64,000 nucleotides of DNA from the IMG/VR virus record IMGVR_UViG_3300032286_000510, positions 14,932-78,931 of that record; one strand, given 5' to 3'. The notes under the pieces were generated by a model. It saw only the letters and a list, made by a program, of their open reading frames with translations. It did not search any database and was not told the origin of the DNA. The stretch comes from a virus. Below are positions 7,274 to 15,850 of the stretch, piece by piece. Positions within the stretch are counted from its first letter, which is position 1, and every line of letters begins with the position of its first letter. Made by a program: the position numbers and the translations under genes.

Positions 7274-7960
7274 TAAAACAAATCCTTTATGTTGTTTTCT
7301 TTTTCCATTTAGGGTATTCATAATGTTAGAACGATAAAGCATCTTATCTTTACAGAAAGCATTTAAATTATTAGTTTCGTAAATTTTAGATTCTTCAATT
7401 GAATATATTTTGTAATTGTATTTCAATTGTGAATCACTTTTTTTTCTTCTAGTTTCTTCTGATGGATTTTTATTTCTCTCACTTATTTTCTTTCTAGTTT
7501 CATCACTTATATTTTTCTTCGCTTCACTCATTTTTCTTTTGGTTTCTTCTGAAAGAGTTTTGCCTTTATTTGCTTCACTTATTTTTTTTCTGGTTTCTTT
7601 TGATGGATTTTTATTTGATTCACTAATTTTTTTTCTCGTTTCTTCTGAACGAGTTCTTTCTCTCTGCTTTCTTTTCCATTCATCACTCATTATAGCACCA
7701 GAAGAACCTTCACCACCATTAGTTCTATTAAGAAGAATACCTGTTCCTAAATCTTTTCTACCAAACACAGCAATCATATAGACCTCGTGCCTAAATGCTT
7801 CTTCTTCGGTTAAGTTCTGTTTTAGAATAAGTATTCTAGATTTATCTTTTGGTGGTTTGATGCCTTTATATCTTCTTCTATATGCCCTATTACCTTTTCC
7901 TTTGCCTATGTAATAGGGTGTCTTATCTTCACGCAAGAATGCGTAAGTGTAGTATTCCAT
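7253..7960 (-). CDS. GIY-YIG-like freestanding homing endonuclease with NUMOD3 repeats
   Basis: [19 protein letters not shown]-domain; repeated SEETRKKISE motifs; TATAAATA on minus strand at 7990-7983. Confidence 0.85.
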   Translation of the reverse strand: MEYYTYAFLREDKTPYYIGKGKGNRAYRRRYKGIKPPKDKSRILILKQNLTEEEAFRHEVYMIAVFGRKDLGTGILLNRTNGGEGSSGAIMSDEWKRKQRERTRSEETRKKISESNKNPSKETRKKISEANKGKTLSEETKRKMSEAKKNISDETRKKISERNKNPSEETRRKKSDSQLKYNYKIYSIEESKIYETNNLNAFCKDKMLYRSNIMNTLNGKRKQHKGFVLLEQVGL

Positions 7961-8056
7961 CTGCTTTACTTGTGGTTATATCTATTTATACAAGAAAGAG
8001 GTCAAAAATGACCCCTCTCTCTGCTTAAATAACCACAAGTAAGCAGTATTATTTAT
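7961..8056 (-). promoter_or_regulatory. Dual late promoter / antisense-hairpin cassette A upstream of endonuclease
   Basis: 14-bp inverted repeat 7966-7979/8029-8042 around a GGTCA hairpin and TATAAATA; second ATAAATA upstream. Confidence 0.65.
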
Positions 8057-8063
8057 TCCTATT

Positions 8064-8318
8064 ATGACTGACCTTTACCAAGAAATTTTGGAGTTTGATA
8101 AAATGAACCTTGATCTTGACCAACTGATTGAAGATTATGCTACTGACATCGTAGAAGGAATGGACCTTGATACTTTGGTTCAATTTGCCTATGATGTGAT
8201 TGTAGAGGGTCTAGAAGATATGAGTGTTAATGAGATTCTGGAACAAGTTGAAGAAAATGCTCCGCATCTTCTGGAAGAATTGGACGTGATTGTTCCAGAT
8301 GTTGAACCGGCACAGTAA
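8064..8318 (+). CDS. Acidic hypothetical protein (paralog of 17469..17681)
   Basis: YA..I...MD.D....AYD motif shared. Confidence 0.65.
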   Translation: MTDLYQEILEFDKMNLDLDQLIEDYATDIVEGMDLDTLVQFAYDVIVEGLEDMSVNEILEQVEENAPHLLEELDVIVPDVEPAQ

Positions 8319-8642
8319 AACAGCACAGACCCTCAAACCTGCTATAATTACTTCATAATCAATCAAAAACCTACGATGATTCGTGATTCTTCTGATCTTT
8401 ATCAAACTTCTTATGAACGTTTGAGAGACACTTGCCATGGTCTAATGAAACACTACAACCTTATGTTGTGTTGGCCTTCTAATAATGAAGTTGATAACTT
8501 ATTTTTTCAAGAGAAGTTTAATCAACACAAGTTCTACGAAGTTTGATTAGTCCTTGTGCCACTTCTTCTGGTGGCACACTGACCCTTGCCAAGATCCCCC
8601 CAAACGTGTTATGATGACTACATCAACAGTTAGAGGTGACAC

Positions 8643-8781
8643 GATGATTGAAACTTCTCTTATTCTTCACGATGATCTTGAGACTTTTGCTCAATATCTT
8701 GGTGTAGATTATGAAGACTACTACGAACTTTATCTTGGCATCGTTCAAGATGAAGAAGATGAAAGTCTAATTACTGTTTGA
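8643..8781 (+). CDS. Small acidic hypothetical protein
   Basis: GAGGTG RBS then ATG; after palindromic cassette at 8555. Confidence 0.5.
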
Positions 8782-8842
8782 TGATTATAGTCCTGGGATG
8801 ACTTAAAAAGCACCAAAACCCTTCACTTTACTTTCTTACATA

Positions 8843-9076
8843 ATGACTGCTCCTGCTTCTTTGATTGCTCTTGCTGCCGAACTCGTGAATACGAATCCTG
8901 CTGCTTCTCAACTGATTGTGAATCTTGGTAATGCTGAAACTGGTGATGAAGTGCTTGAAGCACTGAACACCTATGATGAATCCATTCTTGATTCTCTGGA
9001 ACCTGTTGATGAAGATGAAGATGAAGATGAGACTGATGAAGTTGAAGTTGATGAAACTGAACTCGTTGCTGTCTGA
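8843..9076 (+). CDS. Highly acidic hypothetical protein
   Basis: ORF with D/E tail, followed by hairpin. Confidence 0.65.
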   Translation: MTAPASLIALAAELVNTNPAASQLIVNLGNAETGDEVLEALNTYDESILDSLEPVDEDEDEDETDEVEVDETELVAV

Positions 9077-9088
9077 TAAGTAATATCA

Positions 9089-9114
9089 GGGAGAGAGAAA
9101 TCTCTTCCTTTCTT
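9089..9114 (+). terminator. Possible intrinsic terminator / processing hairpin before tRNA-Arg
   Basis: Imperfect GGGAGAGA-GAAA-TCTCTTCC hairpin followed by TTTCTT. Confidence 0.45.
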
Positions 9115-9188
9115 GTCTCAGTAGCTCAGATGGATAGAGCATCTCACTTCTAATGAGTAGGTCGGGGGTTCAAGTCCCTCCTGAGACG
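9115..9188 (+). tRNA. tRNA-Arg(UCU)
   Basis: Cloverleaf: GTCTCAG/CTGAGAC acceptor, anticodon loop CTTCTAA, GGGGG-TTCAAGT-CCCTC T-arm; CCA not encoded. Confidence 0.92.
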
Positions 9189-9211
9189 TTATACAAACAC
9201 CCTTCAAGACA

Positions 9212-9982
9212 ATGAAACTCAAACTATTAAGTGACCTTCACCTTGAGCACTATTGTGCTGGACAATACTTTGACCCAGGAGAAGGTGATGTTTTAGTTCT
9301 TGCTGGTGATATTCTTTGTGCCAAGCACTTGAAGAAGAATGGTTATCTTGCCGAAGTGTATGAAAAGTTCCTGACTGATTGTAGCAAGAACTATCAAAAG
9401 GTTCTCTATGTGAAAGGAAATCACGAGGCATATGGATATAATTACGAAGGAACACACAAAACCATTCAGGAGCATCTTCCTGATAACTTTCAGTTGATGG
9501 AGAATGATACAGTTACGATTGATAACTGGAACTTTATTGGTTTCACATTCTGGACTGATTTTCGTAATGAGAATCCATTAGAAATGATGTATGCTCAACA
9601 GTATATGAATGATTACAAAGTCATTCGCATTACTTCCAATTTCCGTAAGTTGAATACAAATGATACTCTTGGTTTTCATAAGAAGAGCAAGGAGTATCTT
9701 CTCAATCAACTTCAAGAATTGAATGAGAATGTATTCGTCATTAGTCATATGGCACCGAGTTATCAATCGGTTGCTCCTCAATTCAAGAACACGGAAAATG
9801 GTGCCTTTGTAAGTGATTTGGATGATTTGATTTTAAGTTATCCTCAAATCAAATACTGGTGTCATGGTCATGTCCATTCGTATTTTAACTATAATATTGG
9901 GGGATGTAAAATTCTATGTAATCCTGGTGGTTATCCTGGTCAGGACACAGGATTTAATCCAAATTTGATTTTGGGCATCTAG
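9212..9982 (+). CDS. Calcineurin-like metallophosphoesterase
   Basis: SDLHLE, LAGDI, GNHE, SH.AP, HGHVH motifs. Confidence 0.9.
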   Translation: MKLKLLSDLHLEHYCAGQYFDPGEGDVLVLAGDILCAKHLKKNGYLAEVYEKFLTDCSKNYQKVLYVKGNHEAYGYNYEGTHKTIQEHLPDNFQLMENDTVTIDNWNFIGFTFWTDFRNENPLEMMYAQQYMNDYKVIRITSNFRKLNTNDTLGFHKKSKEYLLNQLQELNENVFVISHMAPSYQSVAPQFKNTENGAFVSDLDDLILSYPQIKYWCHGHVHSYFNYNIGGCKILCNPGGYPGQDTGFNPNLILGI

Positions 9983-10031
9983 ATATAATGGGAATACTTA
10001 TTCTCAATTACAAACATTACTAAAAAGGTCG

Positions 10032-10508
10032 ATGGATTACTTAAAGATTGAACCAAATCAAACAATACTTGTTCTTAATGCTTCTTATGAACCTCTAAAT
10101 TTCATAAATTGGAGGAGAGCAGTTGTGTTGCTTATTAAGAACAAGGCACAGGCACTCGGCAAAAGAGTTATCCGTTTGGTTAATTACATTAAGATACCAT
10201 ACAAAAAACTAATGCAAAATAAACCATCACGAACAATGATTTATAAACGTGATGGTCACAAATGCCAGTATTGTGGTTCTACAAGAAATCTCACAATAGA
10301 TCACATCTTTCCAACTTCTAAAGGTGGTGGTAATACTTGGGAAAACCTAGTAGTTGCTTGTATGCCTTGTAATACAAGGAAAGGTGATAAACTATTGGAA
10401 GAAACCAATTTAATTCTTGATACTATTCCAAAGAAACCATTTAACAAAATGTTGTTTTCTTTGGATAGAACAGATGTTGATGAATGGAAAAAGTATTCTT
10501 ATAACTGA
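10032..10508 (+). CDS. HNH endonuclease (McrA-like)
   Basis: LVLNASYEPL; RDGHKCQYCG; TIDHIFP.SKGG...WENLVVAC..CN..KG. Confidence 0.9.
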   Translation: MDYLKIEPNQTILVLNASYEPLNFINWRRAVVLLIKNKAQALGKRVIRLVNYIKIPYKKLMQNKPSRTMIYKRDGHKCQYCGSTRNLTIDHIFPTSKGGGNTWENLVVACMPCNTRKGDKLLEETNLILDTIPKKPFNKMLFSLDRTDVDEWKKYSYN

Positions 10509-10527
10509 TAATTGAGAATTGTAATGA

Positions 10528-10632
10528 CTAAATACTAATGCCTTAGTTGGGTCGTATCTTCTCAGGTGAAAAGGGGCATTTCTGCCCCTTTTCTTGTATA
10601 AATACTAATACGACCCAATATAAAGAGCAGAA
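10528..10632 (+). promoter_or_regulatory. Dual late promoter / antisense-hairpin cassette B
   Basis: CTAAATA 10528; TTGGGTCGTAT 10547-10557 complementary to ATACGACCCAA 10608-10618; 11-bp hairpin 10568-10593; TATAAATA 10597-10604. Confidence 0.65.
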
Positions 10633-11307
10633 ATGAATTATTACACTTACGCATATTTGCGTGAAGATAGAACACCTTATTACATAGGAAAAGGTAATGG
10701 TAATAGGGCATATAGAAGAAGACATAAAGGCATCAAACCACCAAAAGATAAATCAAGAATAATATTCCTAAAACAGAACTTAACAGAAGAAGAGGCATTT
10801 AGACACGAAATCTATATGATTGCTGTGTTTGGTAGAAAGGATTTAGGAACTGGTATTCTTCACAACAGAACCGATGGTGGAGAGGGTGTTTCTGGTCTTA
10901 TTCATAATGAAGAAAGCAAAAGAAAAATGAGTAAAGCAAAGAAAGGTAAATCTCGGTCGGAAAAAACTAAAAGAAAAATAAGGGAAGCAGGTAAAGGCAG
11001 AACTCATTCAGACGAAAGTAAAAGAATAATAAGTGAAACAATGAAGGGCAGAAATCATTCAGAAGAAACTAAAAGAAAAATGAGTGAATCTAAACTAGGA
11101 AAACCTCGTAGCGAAGAAACTAAAAGAAAACTGAGTGAAGCAAATGTTGGTAAATCTCTTTCGGAAGAAACAAGAAAAAAATTAAGTGACCTTAATCGGG
11201 GTGAGAATAACGCACAATATGGTAAAAAATGGTGGAATAATAGAAAAGAGACTAAATTGTGTGTTAAGTGCCCTGGTGATGGTTGGGTTCTTGGAAGAAT
11301 AAAATAA
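10633..11307 (+). CDS. GIY-YIG-like freestanding homing endonuclease with NUMOD3 repeats
   Basis: N-terminal ~87 aa nearly identical to 7253..7960; [11 protein letters not shown] repeats. Confidence 0.85.
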   Translation: MNYYTYAYLREDRTPYYIGKGNGNRAYRRRHKGIKPPKDKSRIIFLKQNLTEEEAFRHEIYMIAVFGRKDLGTGILHNRTDGGEGVSGLIHNEESKRKMSKAKKGKSRSEKTKRKIREAGKGRTHSDESKRIISETMKGRNHSEETKRKMSESKLGKPRSEETKRKLSEANVGKSLSEETRKKLSDLNRGENNAQYGKKWWNNRKETKLCVKCPGDGWVLGRIK

Positions 11308-11320
11308 TAAAGTATAGTGA

Positions 11321-11378
11321 TGTGCCAGTTGTAGCACTGGCACACTCAATCAGCACTGGTCCTAAAACCTGCTATAAT
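11321..11378 (+). promoter_or_regulatory. Palindromic early promoter cassette (consensus copy)
   Basis: TGTGCCAGTTGTAGCACTGGCACA, 28 bp, TG-C-TATAAT. Confidence 0.85.
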
Positions 11379-11399
11379 AAGAGGACACAAGCAAAGGAA

Positions 11400-11525
11400 A
11401 TGTCTACTCCAAATTGGCAACACAATTCAGGAAAACAAAAGAATACCAAAGGCACTTGTAAGGGCAAACTCAAATCCCGCAAACAATCACTTCAAGCACT
11501 CAAATCCAAACTGAATTTCAAATGA
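11400..11525 (+). CDS. Small basic cyanophage protein (MSTPNWQHNSGK)
   Basis: AAGG RBS + ATG 11400 after cassette. Confidence 0.55.
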   Translation: MSTPNWQHNSGKQKNTKGTCKGKLKSRKQSLQALKSKLNFK

Positions 11526-11917
11526 CTGAATCCACCAACGAAGTTCTTCATTACACTCAAGTTCTTTGCGAAGTTCTTCGTGAGAACTATAGGCAATATG
11601 GTATTGATTCTCACCGTCACTATATCACAAAAGGTGAGAATGTAGAGTATCACCAAAAACAAATTGATAGACTTTGTGAAGGTGAAGACCTTGCCGAATA
11701 TATCATTGATAAAGGTCGCAAATACTATAAGATTGTGATGAAGAATCACGGACAAAAACACGCACACTTGTTTGTTGATATGAATACTGGGGATTGTTAC
11801 AAGCCAGCATCTTGGAAAGCACCTGCCAAAGGTATTCGTTATAATCTTCTTGATGTTACATCCCGTGAGGAAATGTATAGGAGAGCAGACTGGGCAGGGT
11901 CGTACACTTACAAATAA
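11522..11917 (+). CDS. Conserved phage hypothetical protein
   Basis: GRKYYKIV...FVD..TGD.YKPASWKAPAKG.RYNL motif. Confidence 0.75.
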   Translation: MTESTNEVLHYTQVLCEVLRENYRQYGIDSHRHYITKGENVEYHQKQIDRLCEGEDLAEYIIDKGRKYYKIVMKNHGQKHAHLFVDMNTGDCYKPASWKAPAKGIRYNLLDVTSREEMYRRADWAGSYTYK

Positions 11918-11969
11918 TCAAGACCCAATCATTCTGGTATAAATAGAAATAGTTAGTATCCAATCAACT

Positions 11970-12470
11970 ATGAAACTTATACCAGAATATGAGGCATATA
12001 GTGTCACCGAAGACGGTGTAATTTATTCACACAAAAAACCAGGAGGAAAAGGAAAAGGCAAAATTGTTGATTATTCTTATAAAAGGCAACTAAAACCGCA
12101 AACCAACCACAAAGGATACTTAAATGTTATTTTGGAACAAGGTAGTTCTAATGCTAGAACTATGTCTATTCACAGAGCAGTAGCATTAGCATACATTCCA
12201 AATCCAAATAATTATGACACCATAAATCATATTGACGAAAACAAAACAAACAATCACGTATCAAATCTTGAATGGATGAGTAATGCTGACAACGTAGCAT
12301 ATTCACAAGCAAAAACAAGACTAATACAAACACCAGAGGGTGATAAAATAGAAATTACTAATTTATCAAAATGGTGTCGTGAAGTTTTAGGACTAAAATC
12401 ATCAGGGAATATGTTAAGGAGTTTGAGAAATCCTAATATGCCCTGTATGGGATATAAATTACTTAAATAA
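11970..12470 (+). CDS. HNH homing endonuclease (NUMOD4/HNH_3 type)
   Basis: IHRAVALAYIPNPNN..TINHIDENKTNNHVSNLEW; TATAAATA 11938-11945. Confidence 0.9.
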   Translation: MKLIPEYEAYSVTEDGVIYSHKKPGGKGKGKIVDYSYKRQLKPQTNHKGYLNVILEQGSSNARTMSIHRAVALAYIPNPNNYDTINHIDENKTNNHVSNLEWMSNADNVAYSQAKTRLIQTPEGDKIEITNLSKWCREVLGLKSSGNMLRSLRNPNMPCMGYKLLK

Positions 12471-12486
12471 CCTTCTCATATAACTG

Positions 12487-12678
12487 ATGTCAAACATTTC
12501 TTTCACCAAAGGTCTTGAAGTTTATTATGATGGAATGTATGGCATAGTTGATTTCATCTGCGAACAATACATCACAGTTTGTGTAAGAGTGATGGACCAC
12601 AAATCTAGAAATGTTTGTATATTAGTTTATCCAGACAGATTTAATTTAGTAAAACTAGCAAAAGAATCTGAAAAATGA
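12487..12678 (+). CDS. Cyanophage-type hypothetical protein
   Basis: G.V.FIC.QYITVC motif. Confidence 0.6.
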   Translation: MSNISFTKGLEVYYDGMYGIVDFICEQYITVCVRVMDHKSRNVCILVYPDRFNLVKLAKESEK

Positions 12679-12760
12679 ATCCTCATACAATCTCACTCAT
12701 AATGAGTCAATTATGGGTTCTTTTAATTCTTGTTATTGCTGTTTCTAATTTTCTAAATTG

Positions 12761-13099
12761 ATGAAAAAACTTCTATTACTTCTGTTGCTCATTCCTGCTC
12801 CTGTATTCGCAGCACCATTCAAGTATCAAACTCCTTGTATTTTAGAATCACAGAATGTTCTAACAGAAGATATTTGTACGGTAGTTGAAGTTCGTGAGAA
12901 AGGTGGAGCACTTAAATCACGCAACATCTATTCAAACAAGTTCTCATTGACAATCAAATCTTATTTCAGCAAGGAAAAAGGATTTATGACTTGGGATTCA
13001 TTTAACAAAATAGAATATCCTTGGCAATATAAGATTGACCCACTCAAAGGAAGTCTGGTGATGCCTGGAGTGTATCTCAAAGAAGTTTCTTGGGATTAA
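12761..13099 (+). CDS. Secreted/periplasmic hypothetical protein
   Basis: Signal peptide MKKLLLLLLLIPAPVFA. Confidence 0.65.
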   Translation: MKKLLLLLLLIPAPVFAAPFKYQTPCILESQNVLTEDICTVVEVREKGGALKSRNIYSNKFSLTIKSYFSKEKGFMTWDSFNKIEYPWQYKIDPLKGSLVMPGVYLKEVSWD

Positions 13100-13100
13100 A

Positions 13101-13727
13101 TTAAGAATAAAATAAAAAATACTTAACGTATTTTTCAGCAAACTCTTTATCAAAATAAGATTTCAAAATACCAAAAGCAGGATCATTTGTGGACATATAA
13201 TCATCAAATTTTTGATGGTGTTCTACGAATGATTCTTTTTTTGTGGCAGAATTCATTAAACACTTTTTGTATTGATGTAAGTAGCACTTTACCATAATTT
13301 GATATTCATTATAAAAACATTCACTGCTCTTTTTTATCCACAACTTTTTTGAGAAATACTTATTAAAATCATAAAACTTAGATGCGTTTGTTTTTGTGTT
13401 TGGAAACATTTCAAGATAAGACAAATAATCTTTATTATCACTAATTGGATGAAAATCTATTGCCCCAAAGTATTTTTTACTTCCAATCTGTAAATACTCT
13501 GTTCCAAATATAGGAGTTTCATAATGATGATTTGGATATATGACTAAGGACTCTGCTTGAAACTTTTGTTCAACATTTAATTCACACACTCTTATACGTT
13601 TACAATAATCAGACTTAAAAAGATATGATTTTAACTTAACTGAATTATTATTAGATGTCCTTTCTACCCAAATTGGAACTTCGGTTGAAGATAAATCTAA
13701 AAACTCTTTGAGTATATCTTTTAACAT
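13101..13727 (-). CDS. Ferredoxin-dependent bilin reductase (PebA/PebS-like, divergent)
   Basis: VIYP....TPIFG.E, AIDFHP, FYD.NKYFS, FDDYM...DPAFGILKSYF..EFA..Y...FLF motifs. Confidence 0.8.
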   Translation of the reverse strand: MLKDILKEFLDLSSTEVPIWVERTSNNNSVKLKSYLFKSDYCKRIRVCELNVEQKFQAESLVIYPNHHYETPIFGTEYLQIGSKKYFGAIDFHPISDNKDYLSYLEMFPNTKTNASKFYDFNKYFSKKLWIKKSSECFYNEYQIMVKCYLHQYKKCLMNSATKKESFVEHHQKFDDYMSTNDPAFGILKSYFDKEFAEKYVKYFLFYS

Positions 13728-13874
13728 TCAATCTATCAATATTTTTAACTTAACCTATTTAATACTAATACTGCTTGTGCCAGTTGTAGCACTGGCACAC
13801 TAAACGGGCACAGACCCCAATCTGTGGTATTCTAAGAGGGTGGTTGAGAGACCACCCTTTCGTTCAACAAACAA

Positions 13875-14108
13875 ATGATTCTTGACGTTTTTCATTATAC
13901 TACTTCCCGTTGGGATTGGCAGTCTGGTGATGTAAACCAAATGTGGATTCAAGAGATTGAAGAAGCACCTGATGTTTATAGGTACGTTGCTGTTGCTTAC
14001 AATCCTCGCAAGGATTCAAGTATGGTGATGTCTAATCCTCGTGGGTATTTTGATACTCTACAATGGGTTCAAAAGTTCTGTGGTTCCTTCTCCCTTCTTC
14101 CTAACTGA
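13875..14108 (+). CDS. Hypothetical protein
   Basis: ORF after cassette at 13776. Confidence 0.6.
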   Translation: MILDVFHYTTSRWDWQSGDVNQMWIQEIEEAPDVYRYVAVAYNPRKDSSMVMSNPRGYFDTLQWVQKFCGSFSLLPN

Positions 14109-14330
14109 TTATGATTTACGACATTACTATTGAGTTTAGGGATGGAACTGTTGATAAGTTTCAACGCAAAAGTAATATCAAACCTATCAATAGTATAAAA
14201 CTCAACGATAAAATTGCTAATGAAATCTTTCCACGAGAGTGGAAAGAAATCTCTTCCAAACCTGTTTATTGATTATGACTTTCACTTTTCCTCGTGTCTC
14301 TGCTGGTCTCTACGAAGTTCAAAAGAATTC

Positions 14331-14430
14331 ATAAATAATGATGCTTATGTGTGGTTACTAAGCAAAAGATTAGAGGCAGAAATGCCTCTTTTCTTGTATA
14401 AATAGATATAACCACACATAAAGTAGAACT
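14331..14430 (+). promoter_or_regulatory. Dual late promoter / antisense-hairpin cassette C
   Basis: ATAAATA 14331; TTATGTGTGGTTA 14345-14357 complementary to TAACCACACATAA 14409-14421; hairpin 14372-14389; TATAAATA 14397-14404. Confidence 0.65.
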
Positions 14431-15219
14431 ATGGAAACTCCAAAGGAGTATTACTATACCTATTATTCTTATGAAGAATGGGGTAGAGGATATATTGGCA
14501 GTAGAGGTTGCTATTGCTTACCAGAAGAAGACATAAGATATTTTGGTTCATTCAGGGATAAAACATTCAAACCAACTCAAAAAATAATACTCAAAGATGA
14601 TTATGCTACAAGAGAAGACGCATATGTTGATGAGATTATTTTACACGACTTTTATGATGTAGGTAATAATCCTCATTTTGCCAATAGAGCAAAGGCAACT
14701 TCTGCAAAGTTTTGTTTATCCAAAGAACAATCAAAAGAAATTGGATTGAAAAGTAAAGAACTTGGTATTGGTTTATTTTCACTAACAAAAGAACAAAGAA
14801 TAGAAAATGGCAGAAAAGGTGGTCCAATAGGTGGAAAGATTGTGGGGGCAGAAAATAAAAGACTTGGACGTGGGATATTTGGACTATCTCCACAACAAAA
14901 AAGTGAAATTGCCAAAAAAGCAAATAAACTGTCAAGTAAAAATACAAAAAAAGGAAGGAAACCAAAACCACCTCTTCTTGAACCAGAAGAACTAAAAAAT
15001 TGTAAAATTAAAAACGGAAAAAAATCTGGTATGAAACACAAAGAAAACAAAACAGGTGTTTGTGGAATATCACCGGAAGAACATTCAAAAAGAGCATCTA
15101 TCACAAATAGTCAAAAGTGGAGATGTCTTGAAACCGGACACATTAGTAATGCCGGAGGATTGTCTAAATATCAAAAATCAAAAGGGATAGATACTTCATT
15201 GAGAGAAAGATTGGAATAA
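14431..15219 (+). CDS. GIY-YIG-like (Seg-like) homing endonuclease
   Basis: YYYTYYSYEEWGRGYIGSR, YFGS, E..LH..YDV..NPHFAN; basic Gly-rich repeats. Confidence 0.8.
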   Translation: METPKEYYYTYYSYEEWGRGYIGSRGCYCLPEEDIRYFGSFRDKTFKPTQKIILKDDYATREDAYVDEIILHDFYDVGNNPHFANRAKATSAKFCLSKEQSKEIGLKSKELGIGLFSLTKEQRIENGRKGGPIGGKIVGAENKRLGRGIFGLSPQQKSEIAKKANKLSSKNTKKGRKPKPPLLEPEELKNCKIKNGKKSGMKHKENKTGVCGISPEEHSKRASITNSQKWRCLETGHISNAGGLSKYQKSKGIDTSLRERLE

Positions 15220-15321
15220 ACTTGAATAAATGATGCCCTGTGCCAATTTTTGAACCGTCCCCAACACCCCCAAACCCACACCATTCCGTGCTATGATTAC
15301 GGAGTAATCGGCACAAGATTT

Positions 15322-15660
15322 ATGACTTCCTTTGAGTTTGTTAGACAAAAAGCAGGAGAATACAAAATCACCAAAAACGGACAATTTGTTGGAAGTATAA
15401 AAAAAGCAAATGCTTCCAAATGGATTGTAACTGATGTTGTTGATACTCCTCAACAAGTTACAAAGACTCTCAAAGATGCCAAAGATGCCTGTATCAATCT
15501 CATCATCTTTGATGTAGTTGACAACACCTCTGAACCTGTGTATAATGACTCTGTTAGGGTTGATAGTCATATTAACTCTATTGAACTTCAAAGGCAAATG
15601 CTGGAGAATATGTGTAATCTTCAAGTCAAAGTTCCTACACTTGAACCCATTGCTTTTTGA
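15322..15660 (+). CDS. Hypothetical protein
   Basis: ATG after promoter cassette 15239-15297. Confidence 0.6.
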   Translation: MTSFEFVRQKAGEYKITKNGQFVGSIKKANASKWIVTDVVDTPQQVTKTLKDAKDACINLIIFDVVDNTSEPVYNDSVRVDSHINSIELQRQMLENMCNLQVKVPTLEPIAF

Positions 15661-15683
15661 TGTATAAATAAAATACATTTCTT

Positions 15684-15754
15684 GCCCTATAAGCATTGTG
15701 GTGATGCAGCAGTTTTGTAAACTGCAGAGAACAGTTCAATTCTGTTATGGGGCT
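15684..15754 (+). tRNA. tRNA-Thr(UGU)
   Basis: GCCCTAT/ATGGGGC acceptor, GCAT/ATGC D-stem, GCAGT-TTTGTAA-ACTGC anticodon arm, AACAG-TTCAATT-CTGTT T-arm; TATAAATA at 15663. Confidence 0.8.
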
Positions 15755-15850
15755 CTTAATCTTATAGTGATGTGCCAGTTGTAGGACTGGATGATAACAC
15801 CCTGAATAGCACCTAAAACGTGCTATAATAACTTTGTAATGATTCAACCT

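Noticed and set aside
7416-7781. Phe/Leu/Ser-rich repetitive + strand ORF
   Set aside because: Reverse complement of the NUMOD3 repeats of the minus-strand endonuclease.
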